Below, one piece after another: positions 8,978 through 19,378 of a stretch of 64,000 nt of DNA. The DNA is taken from positions 350,180 through 414,179 of the forward strand of contig SCTI01000002.1 of the NCBI GenBank assembly GCA_004297735.1. The letters are read 5' to 3'. Under the pieces are notes generated by a model. The model made no database searches, was not told the DNA's origin, and was given only the letters and a program-made list of their open reading frames with translations. Positions within the stretch are counted from its first letter, which is position 1. Each line of letters begins with the position of its first letter. Source of the stretch: Patescibacteria group bacterium. GTDB taxonomy: Bacteria; Patescibacteriota; Saccharimonadia; UBA4664; SCTI01. A program made the position numbers and the translations under genes.

Positions 8978-10411
8978 ATGATCTATCGGGGAGCGGAGCG
9001 GGGTCGCGCTGTAATAGCGGGGCCTCGCAAGCTCATAAAAATAACAAATTTAGAAAATTTTGGTCGTAAAATTTTGCGCCTAAAGTCATCTGATCCTGAG
9101 CGCCGCCGCAAAGAATTTGTTTTATCGGTGATGTTGGTTGGTTTGATCTGTACGGCTTTGATATCGCTCATTATTACCCTGATCAACTCTCTGGTACTTG
9201 CAAATTATCAGGGAGCTCATCCCTTGGTATTAATGATCTGCCTAACACTTTTCATGTTTCTTTATTGGCTTAGATATTGGTACCTGGAAGCAGCAATTTA
9301 CTTATTTGTTTTAATTCTGGCAATATGCGGGATAGTACCCTTAATGTTATGGGGCGTGGCGCTGCCTCAAGGTTTATTGATCTGCGCCCTAGCGATCACC
9401 GTTTCTGGTATTTTGCTTGATGCTCGCTGGGCAATTACCTTAATGGTTATAACTACCGTAGTAATGGCATTGCTAGCTAGCCTTCAGGAGCAAGGAATTA
9501 TTGCCGCTAGAACAGAGTGGCAGCACATTAATCCAGATACAACTGACGCGATTGTGTTTGCTGTCACGTTTGCGGCTATTGCGATGGTTTCCTGGTTATC
9601 TCATCGGCAGACTATGCACTCACTGCATAGCGCCAGGGTAAGTGAGCGCGCCCTGCAGATTGAGCGTAATTCGCTCGAGCTAAAGGTAAAGCGGCGAACC
9701 CGGCAGTTAGAGTTGAGTCAGCTAGAGCAGATGCTGCAGCTACAGCGATTCGCAGAGTTTGGGCGGGTCAGTTCGGGTCTGGTGCATGACATAATGAATC
9801 CTTTAGCGGCGGCTTCATTGAACTTGGATTTGGCAGGAGAGTCAGACGAGGTTAAGCAGGCCCGTAAGAGTCTCAGTTATATCGAGCGTTATGTAGATAC
9901 GGTTAGCAGACAGTTGCGAGCCAGTAGTTCGCGCCGCCTGTTTGTGGTGGAGGAGGAGATAGGTTCGGTGATGCAGATACTGGAGTATCGTCGTCGTCAA
10001 AAGATGGTTGAAGTTGAGATAGATGTCTCTCCTACCGCTAAGTTGTATGGTGATCCTGTGGCGTTTAGTCAGATTATTGCCAACTTGGTCGTAAACGCAA
10101 TTGATGCATATGACGAAGCGGCCGCTGAAGTGCCGGCTAAGGTGGTGTTGCGAGCGGTTGAAAATGATCGGAGTTGCATAATAACGGTCCAGGATTGGGG
10201 AGTGGGAATTAAGCCGTCCTCTATGAAGCGGATTTTTGATCCGTTTTATACCACTAAAGATAATGGACGTGGCTCAGGTATTGGCTTGGCTTTGGCTAAA
10301 ACGGCGGCCGAAAAAGATTTTGGCGGCAGCCTAGAAGTGATCAGTCGGCCCAAGCTCGGCACCCGTTTTACCGCTACTCTGCCGGTGAAAAGGGCGGGTG
10401 AAAATGATTGA
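8978..10411 (+). CDS. Membrane sensor histidine kinase (about 6 TMs, HisKA + HATPase_c)
   Basis: H-box VHDIMNPL, N-box NLVVNAIDA, G1 DWGVGI, F-box IFDPFYTTK, G2 GSGIGLA. Confidence 0.92.
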   Translation: MIYRGAERGRAVIAGPRKLIKITNLENFGRKILRLKSSDPERRRKEFVLSVMLVGLICTALISLIITLINSLVLANYQGAHPLVLMICLTLFMFLYWLRYWYLEAAIYLFVLILAICGIVPLMLWGVALPQGLLICALAITVSGILLDARWAITLMVITTVVMALLASLQEQGIIAARTEWQHINPDTTDAIVFAVTFAAIAMVSWLSHRQTMHSLHSARVSERALQIERNSLELKVKRRTRQLELSQLEQMLQLQRFAEFGRVSSGLVHDIMNPLAAASLNLDLAGESDEVKQARKSLSYIERYVDTVSRQLRASSSRRLFVVEEEIGSVMQILEYRRRQKMVEVEIDVSPTAKLYGDPVAFSQIIANLVVNAIDAYDEAAAEVPAKVVLRAVENDRSCIITVQDWGVGIKPSSMKRIFDPFYTTKDNGRGSGIGLALAKTAAEKDFGGSLEVISRPKLGTRFTATLPVKRAGEND

Positions 10412-12383
10412 TGGCGGTTTGGATCAGAGCTATCGGCGGGCAATAAAGTTTGTTGCCAGTCAGCAAAATAAAAGTGGCAGTTTTGATTGTTTTAGTAGTT
10501 CAAGCGTAGATGATTTTACTGGCGCTGATAGGCATCAGGCAATTTTGCCAATGGCGGTGATATTGAGGGCGCTTAATGGGATGGAGCTTCCGGATGCGAT
10601 TAGGGTTAGGCGAAGTCTAGCTGGTTTTTTGGCGGGGCAGGTTGGGGAGCATGGCAGCTTTAATTACTGGGTGAGAGGTAGTGATAGAGCTAGTCAGCAG
10701 CCGTATCCAGATGACCTGGATGACACTAGCTATGGCTGGTTGGCCCTGACACTCGAGGATCCCAATACGCTTAGCGCTCAGGTGCTAGCCAAGTTGGCTC
10801 AGCTGCTGATGGCCGTTGAGGTTGAGCCCGGTGGACCATATCGAACCTGGCTGGTTGGCAGGGCGGCGGATGCCGAATGGCGGGATGTAGACGTGGCTGT
10901 AAATGCCAATATTTGGTCTTTAATGAGGCGTTTGGGAGTAAACTTGCCGGGCCTTGAAGGATGGCTAACCGTGGCGGTAAAAGAGGGTGAATTAAGGTCG
11001 CGGTATTATCCGGGCGAGGCAGTGATTCTATACTTTTTGGCGGAATGGAGCCGCGGCGAACTTAGGAGTTTGTTGCAGGATCGATGGAGGGCGGAGCTGG
11101 CGCGTAAAGATCATAGCTTGTTAGAGCTAGCTTTGTTGACGGTGGCAGGGGTCTGGCTGGGAGTCGGTCGTTCGACGATTCAGCCGCTCGTGGAAGAGCT
11201 GATAAATAGTCAGGTCATGGACGGTTCGTGGCCGGCTGCAGGATTATGCTATGACCCCGCTAAGGCTGGGCGGTGTTACTACGCGGGGTCGGCGTCGATG
11301 ACAACCGCGTTAGCGGCCCAGGCGTTGTGTTTGGTGCAGGCAATGGACGGTTCGGTCGTGCCCAAGCCGGTTGCGATAGTAAAGTCTGCAAAAGCCGCAC
11401 CAATGTGGCCGGCGGTCAGGCGTCATATTCAAAGGTTGCCGCAGTCCGCCCAAATTTTGGCCGAACCAATTCTCAATAAAGTACACAAACTGGATGCCAG
11501 CCACGGGGTAACGGCGTTGGTGCCGCACATCATGTTACAGATTAAGCCCAAAAATAAAAAACTACCCAAAGGCCATCGGACGGCTCGCAATCACTTAATT
11601 TTAGGGTCACTTTATGGTTGGTTGGCCTACACCGCTTCGGATGACGTTCGGGATGGTGAGGCCGATTACCGGTTGCAGCCACTAATCCAGCTGTGGACTG
11701 GTCAAATGCGCAGCCATTTTTGGCAGGCCAGTGGCAATAGTGAGTACCAGCGATGGACTGACCGACAGCTGCAAATTATGGATATGGCGCACCATTGGGA
11801 GCAGCAAAACACCCGGTTTGAGGGTTCGAGAGTTCGGGTCGATGAGCTGCCGGAATACGGCAGTAGTCGCCGGTTGGCCGAAGGATCAAGTGGTCACTTA
11901 ATTGCGCCGGTTGGGGCGCTAGTGGCTTTGGGGTATGAGTATAATGGCTCGGTTAACCGAAAGTTAAAACTAGCCTTGCGTCATTTAATTGCCGCCCGTC
12001 AGCTACATGATGATGCTCATGATTGGTCGCAGGACTTGGCGGAAGGCCAAATTAATTTTGTGGCGGCTCAAGTACTTCGAGCAGAGTTTAAAAGTCAACG
12101 CGGCAAAACCCTCAACCTGGCCGATCCGCAAACTATGGCTGGTTTAAGACACCGTTTTTGGAGTAATACGGTTGATGACATTTTACCCCTGATTCAGCGG
12201 CATCTGTACGTCGCAGAGCGACAGCTGGCCGACGAGCCATTATTGGGTGGTCTAGAGGATCTAAGTAGGATGATTCAGCAGCTCAAGCAAACCACTCGAG
12301 ACACCTTAGTCCAGCGAAACCAAGCCCGCCGCTTTTTAAGTGAGCTTACTTTTGACCGAGTTGCTGATCGATCAGCTGTTTGA
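10398..12383 (+). CDS. Prenyltransferase/terpene synthase fusion: N-terminal class II cyclase-like (beta) domain plus C-terminal class I (alpha) domain
   Basis: QW-like repeats (QNKSGSF, QVGEHGSF, QVMDGSWP); DDLDDT at aa ~105; DDVRD at aa ~415; DDAHD at aa ~538. Confidence 0.7.
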   Translation: MKMIDGGLDQSYRRAIKFVASQQNKSGSFDCFSSSSVDDFTGADRHQAILPMAVILRALNGMELPDAIRVRRSLAGFLAGQVGEHGSFNYWVRGSDRASQQPYPDDLDDTSYGWLALTLEDPNTLSAQVLAKLAQLLMAVEVEPGGPYRTWLVGRAADAEWRDVDVAVNANIWSLMRRLGVNLPGLEGWLTVAVKEGELRSRYYPGEAVILYFLAEWSRGELRSLLQDRWRAELARKDHSLLELALLTVAGVWLGVGRSTIQPLVEELINSQVMDGSWPAAGLCYDPAKAGRCYYAGSASMTTALAAQALCLVQAMDGSVVPKPVAIVKSAKAAPMWPAVRRHIQRLPQSAQILAEPILNKVHKLDASHGVTALVPHIMLQIKPKNKKLPKGHRTARNHLILGSLYGWLAYTASDDVRDGEADYRLQPLIQLWTGQMRSHFWQASGNSEYQRWTDRQLQIMDMAHHWEQQNTRFEGSRVRVDELPEYGSSRRLAEGSSGHLIAPVGALVALGYEYNGSVNRKLKLALRHLIAARQLHDDAHDWSQDLAEGQINFVAAQVLRAEFKSQRGKTLNLADPQTMAGLRHRFWSNTVDDILPLIQRHLYVAERQLADEPLLGGLEDLSRMIQQLKQTTRDTLVQRNQARRFLSELTFDRVADRSAV

Positions 12384-12993
12384 GGTTTTGGTAGGTAAAG
12401 CTATCGGATTGTTGACCGTTAATGTAGAAGGTCGGGGTACCTTGTACGCCCAGGGCCTCACCATCGGATTTATCGGCTTCGATGAAGGCGGTATGGGTGT
12501 TGTCGCCAATCTCCTTTTTAAAGCGTTCAATATCGGCCACACCTACTTCGTTGGCGTACTTAATAAAGCTTTCACTTGGGTTTGATAGCTCACTCCACTC
12601 TTGCTGGTTGGCATACAGTTTACTGTTCATCTCCCAGTACTTGTTTTGGGCTCCAGCAGCCTCGGCAGCCTTAGCGGCAGCGATTGCGTTTTGGTGCATT
12701 GGGAGTGGGAAGTTGCGGAAAACAAAGGTGATCTTGTCGCCATACTCCTGTTTGATTCGCTCAACCACCGGCTGGGCCTGTCCGCAAGACGGACACTGGA
12801 AGTCACCAAACTCAACCACGGTTACCGAACCACTACCTTGCTTATGACTGTTGTCCCGAATCAACTTGCTGCTATCGGCTTTTTCGGTGCTGGCTGGCTT
12901 ATCGCTGCCGCTGCCGGTTAAAACAAACAGTCCAACCATGGCGCCAACAACTAGCACTAAGATGGCGGTTAAAATTTTAGCTTCACGACTCAT
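12346..12993 (-). CDS. dsbA: DsbA/BdbD-like thiol-disulfide oxidoreductase
   Basis: N-terminal TM, EFGDFQCPSC, FRNFPL, GTPTFYING. Confidence 0.88.
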   Translation of the reverse strand: MSREAKILTAILVLVVGAMVGLFVLTGSGSDKPASTEKADSSKLIRDNSHKQGSGSVTVVEFGDFQCPSCGQAQPVVERIKQEYGDKITFVFRNFPLPMHQNAIAAAKAAEAAGAQNKYWEMNSKLYANQQEWSELSNPSESFIKYANEVGVADIERFKKEIGDNTHTAFIEADKSDGEALGVQGTPTFYINGQQSDSFTYQNLKQLIDQQLGQK

Positions 12994-13429
12994 CTGAACT
13001 CCTCCATTCCACGATCATGCAACCAATAATAACAGTAAAAGCTACTAACGACATAAATGGGATGGTGATGAACCCAAGTAGGTGCACCTGGACGGTGGTG
13101 CAGGATACACCTTGGACACAGGGGGCGAGTGTATCGGGGATGATCTTCCACTGTAACAGGGTGTGGTACAGGGAGATGATCCAGCCGATTAGTGACAGCG
13201 GGAGAACGTACTGCCAAAGTTGGCGCTCGCGGCGAACGATTCCAACCGCCAAAATAATCGCTAACGGGTACATCATGCTGCGCTGGTACCAACACAGCAC
13301 GCAGGGCGGTAGTTTAGCGATCTCGCTGAGGGCGAGGCTCCCCAGGGTGGCAACCAGGGCCTGGGTAAAAGCGATGTAACGACTGTAGATAACCGACTTA
13401 GGCATATTGACCATGATAACCCGCCGCAT
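12983..13429 (-). CDS. dsbB: Disulfide bond formation protein DsbB/BdbC
   Basis: PCVLCWYQR, second Cys pair, FITIPFMSL; 4 TMs. Confidence 0.88.
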   Translation of the reverse strand: MRRVIMVNMPKSVIYSRYIAFTQALVATLGSLALSEIAKLPPCVLCWYQRSMMYPLAIILAVGIVRRERQLWQYVLPLSLIGWIISLYHTLLQWKIIPDTLAPCVQGVSCTTVQVHLLGFITIPFMSLVAFTVIIGCMIVEWRSSDES

Positions 13430-13506
13430 ACGAGCTGTAAATTGGGGCTGCTAGATATAAGCGTAACTGCTATAATATATGAGATAATTGAGAGCACTGT
13501 ACCGAG

Positions 13507-14349
13507 GTGGGATTACGGCACCATTACAAGTTGTTGACTGGAACCGCTCCAAGGCAAACGCTAGGAGTGGTGGTGGCTGTGGTAGTAACCCTAGCGCTGG
13601 CGGCTCCGGCAGTGGTAGCAGCAGCGATCAGCCAGAGCTACCGTGGCGATCAGCAGATTGCAATTGGGGCCTTGGTCGCGTCCAAGGGTGATAGTAGTGA
13701 TCAGGTTGAGTTGGCCGATAGCTCAAATGCCGATAAGCTGGTTGGCGCGGTGGTTGGTGGCAGTGACACGGCGCTAAATCTGTCTAACCCGGGTGATCAA
13801 GTGCAGGTGGCGAGTAATGGCCTAACCAAGGTAATTGTGACCGATCTGCAGGGCGACATTACCAGCGGCACGCAAATTGCCCCATCTTCGATTAAGGGCG
13901 TGGGCGCCAAGGCGACCTCCGCCACCAAGGTGATTGGAGTGGCCCAGAAGGCGGCCGAATACGGCGGCCAAACCGCTACGGTATCGGATAGTAGTGGCAA
14001 GAGTAAACAGGTAAAAATTGGCACGGCAGAGGTTTTGCTGCAAATTGCCTATTACAGTCCACCGCAGTCGAACACTCAGGTGCCACAGTTTTTGCAGCAG
14101 GTAGCCAACTCGGTGGCTGGCCGCGAGGTAACCACCTGGAGAGTGATTACAAGCTTTATCATTTTGATGGCAGCCATTATTGTAATTACGGTACTGCTGT
14201 TTTCGTCGGTGCACAGCACGCTAACGGCGATTGGTCGTAATCCGATGGCGCAGGTTAAAATTTATCGCGGGTTACTAAGGGTGGTGCTGGCGGCTGTGGC
14301 AATTTTTGCGGTGGCGGTTGGAGCGGCCTTTATAGTATTAAGGTTGTAA
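13507..14349 (+). CDS. Signal peptide + extracellular beta domain + C-terminal ATP synthase c-like hairpin lacking the carboxylate
   Basis: TM-AIGRNP-TM at the C-terminus (aa ~241-246); sits in the atpE position; no D/E in the last helix. Confidence 0.65.
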   Translation: MGLRHHYKLLTGTAPRQTLGVVVAVVVTLALAAPAVVAAAISQSYRGDQQIAIGALVASKGDSSDQVELADSSNADKLVGAVVGGSDTALNLSNPGDQVQVASNGLTKVIVTDLQGDITSGTQIAPSSIKGVGAKATSATKVIGVAQKAAEYGGQTATVSDSSGKSKQVKIGTAEVLLQIAYYSPPQSNTQVPQFLQQVANSVAGREVTTWRVITSFIILMAAIIVITVLLFSSVHSTLTAIGRNPMAQVKIYRGLLRVVLAAVAIFAVAVGAAFIVLRL

Positions 14350-14353
14350 TGAG

Positions 14354-14974
14354 GTGAGTATGACAGAAATTCTTTATGCCGTTATTGGTCTTCAAATCCT
14401 ATTAACCGGGCTGGTTGTAGTTGTGTTGTGGCGGGCCCGCCGGCCGGTCAAGCCTGCCGCTAAGCCAGCCGTTTCGGCCGCCAGCGAAGCCGAGCTGCGT
14501 CAGCAGATCGAGGCGCAGCAGCAAGCCATGCTCAAGCGACTACAGGAGGAAACCCAGAGCTCATTTGAGCAATCGGTGAGCGAATCATCAAAACTGTTTC
14601 GATCGGACCTGGCCGAAACATCTAAAAAGCTCAACACCTTGATTGTGCGCTTAACGACCGAGGTGGTTGAACGGGAGCTAGATGAGTACCGTCAGAGCTT
14701 GGTGGCTGCTCGCCAACAAGCCTTAACCAGTTTGCAGCAAATGCAGCAGTCGGTCGAAGAAAAGCAGCGTGCGCTGGAGGCCGACGTTAACAGTGAGCTA
14801 GCTAAACGGCAGCAGTATCTGTTGGAACGCCTGGATCAGCGCCTGGGACAGGCGGTAACCTCTTACCTAGTCGAGGCGCTGGGCCAAGGGGCCGACTTGG
14901 GGGCTCAGCGTGAGTACTTGTTGGCTCAGCTCGAGGCGCATAAGGATGAGTTGAAAAAAGAGGTCAAGCAGTGA
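14354..14974 (+). CDS. F-type ATPase subunit b-like (single TM + long coiled coil)
   Basis: N-terminal TM, Q/E/L-rich coiled coil, located before the delta-like gene. Confidence 0.65.
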   Translation: MSMTEILYAVIGLQILLTGLVVVVLWRARRPVKPAAKPAVSAASEAELRQQIEAQQQAMLKRLQEETQSSFEQSVSESSKLFRSDLAETSKKLNTLIVRLTTEVVERELDEYRQSLVAARQQALTSLQQMQQSVEEKQRALEADVNSELAKRQQYLLERLDQRLGQAVTSYLVEALGQGADLGAQREYLLAQLEAHKDELKKEVKQ

Positions 14975-15444
14975 TAAAGGCGCTTCCTAATCAAGTTTAT
15001 TCGCCCGACCATCTGCATTTTTGCATTGAGGAGCTGACGCTGTACGCGGCAGCGGTGGGTAAGGCGCTGCGAAGTAAAAAACCAATTCCCGAAGCACCAA
15101 CCTCGGCCGAAAGCCAGGCTTTGCTCGAGCTGCTACCGGCCACCAGCAAGCTATCAATCCAGGAACAGCTTCAGCAGCTGGTGAGTGAGCTGGAGTCGTT
15201 GGCCGCTCAGCTACCGGTCGTTCATATTACGCTGGTATCGCCGGCACCCTACAGCTTAAAGCAAGAGCTGGTTGGGTGGATACGCACCAATCTTAACTCG
15301 CTAGCATTGGTAGCCTTCCATGCTAATCCCGATGTGGCGGGTGGTTTGATAGTGAGAGCCGGCAACGCCACGATCGATGAGTCGTTTCGAAGTAGGCTGC
15401 AGCGCAATCCGGCTAGTCTAACGGAGATTTTAGCCAATGTATGA
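14971..15444 (+). CDS. atpH: F1 ATPase delta-like subunit (divergent)
   Basis: C-terminal NPDVAGGLIVRAGNATIDESFRSRL matches the OSCP/delta C-terminus. Confidence 0.75.
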   Translation: MIKALPNQVYSPDHLHFCIEELTLYAAAVGKALRSKKPIPEAPTSAESQALLELLPATSKLSIQEQLQQLVSELESLAAQLPVVHITLVSPAPYSLKQELVGWIRTNLNSLALVAFHANPDVAGGLIVRAGNATIDESFRSRLQRNPASLTEILANV

Positions 15445-16854
15445 CAATAAGGCGTTTCAGCGCTTAATGGATGATGGTCGGACCAACGGCGAGGTAATTA
15501 GCCTTAAAGGCTTGGATTTGATGATTAAGGGCCTCGAAGGTGCTAGCGTAAACTCGTTAATACTGTTTGAATGTGGCGAGCGTGGTTTGGTGCGGGCAAT
15601 TCATGATCATTGCGTTGAGGTGCTGGCTTTTTCGGTCAAAAACATACGCATCGGTACGGTTGGCGTATTAGAGCAAGAAACCTACCAGGCTGGCGTAGGC
15701 GACGCTTTGGTTGGTCGAGTGATGAATGTGGCGGGCGAGGCGCTTGACGGCAAAGGCGCGATCACGCCGACCGGTTACGCCGAGGTTTTTGCCACCGCTC
15801 CGGGTGTAGCCGAGCGCCAACTAGTCGATAAGCAGCTGGTTAGTGGTGTGGCGATTGTGGACAGTTTGTTCCCCTTGGTGCTTGGCCAGCGCATGGCGAT
15901 ACTGGGTGATAGCAAGACCGGCAAAAGCACCTTTTTACGCCAACTAACCACCAGTCAAGCCCAGGAAGGCAGGGTGGTTATATACGTTTTAATTGCCAAG
16001 CGACAGATTGAGATTGACGCCTTAATCCAGCACCTTAATACCACGGGAGCAATTAAGCGCAGTATTGTAATTGTCGCGAGCGCCTTTGAGTCGCTCAGCC
16101 TCGCCTATTTAGCTCCTTATGTTGGCTGTACGGTTGGCGAGTATTTTTGGAGACAGGGCAAGGATGTGGTGGTGGTTTATGATGACTTGAGCAGTCACGC
16201 CAAGATTTATCGTGAGCTATCTTTGCTGGCGGAGGTAAGCCCCGGCCGTGACTCATACCCTGGTGACATGTTTTATGCGCACTCCTCACTACTGGAGCGA
16301 GCCGGCAAGCTAGCCAAAGGCGGCGGAACCTTGACGGCGCTGCCGGTGGTGCTCACCCCAAATGACGACATCACCTCTTATCTTTCTACCAGCTTAATGT
16401 CGATTACCGACGGTCAGATCATTTTTGATCAAGATAATTTTAGGCGCGGAGTCAGGCCGGCGGTTAATGTTGGACTGTCGGTCTCGCGCGTCGGTGGGCG
16501 AGTTCAGAGCCCAGAATGGAAAACCTTAACGGTTAATCTGTTCCGCAAACTTGCCGACTACCGGCAGGCGGCTGAGTTTGCTCAGTTCGGGTCGGAGCTG
16601 GCGGCTCAAACTCAGGCCGATCTAGCTTTGGGTCGATCGGTATACGAAATTTACCGCCAAACCCCGCAAGAGCTTCACAGTGTAACGGCTCAGTATTTAA
16701 TGTTGGCGACGGTTTTAGCTGGAGGGGGTAAGGTAACGATTAACATCCCGCTGCTTAAAAAGCTGGCCACCGAGCGCGCCGCCGGTAAGCCGGCCGAGGA
16801 TTGGAGCCAAGAGGTGCAGCAGCTGTTGGCACAGGTTAAGGTTGGGGTGTCGGT

Positions 16855-16858
<4 letters not shown>
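15437..16858 (+). CDS. atpA: F1 ATPase alpha-like subunit (divergent)
   Basis: GQRMAILGDSKTGKS, YDDLSSHA, PGRDSYPGDMFY, arginine finger SVSRVG. Confidence 0.9.
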
Positions 16859-19050
<2,192 letters not shown>

Positions 19051-19051
<1 letters not shown>

Positions 19052-19305
19052 TGGCTGAGCAGCCGCGTTTTAAGGTTAAGGTTTTTTCGCCCTACCAAAC
19101 CTTTTACAAGGGTACCGCGTTGTCGCTTTCGGCCCAAAACGCTACCGGCCCGTTTGATGTGCTGTTTAACCACGGCAACTTCTTTACCCTAATATCTCCG
19201 GGGATTGTAAGGGTGGATACCGGTTATGATACGGTCGAAATTGAGGTGACACGTGGCATTATGCGAGTGGCCGACAACAACGTAACGCTGTTCGCTAACG
19301 TATAG
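19051..19305 (+). CDS. atpC: F1 ATPase epsilon-like subunit, N-terminal beta-sandwich only
   Basis: FSPYQTFY...GPFDVLFNHGNF...GIMRVADNNVT; 84 aa with no C-terminal helices. Confidence 0.75.
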
Positions 19306-19378
19306 CCGGAGCAAGCTTCTACAGGTTGTTCTCGGTAAGCATAACAGCTATAATGTAAGCATCCACCATTGGTGGAAG

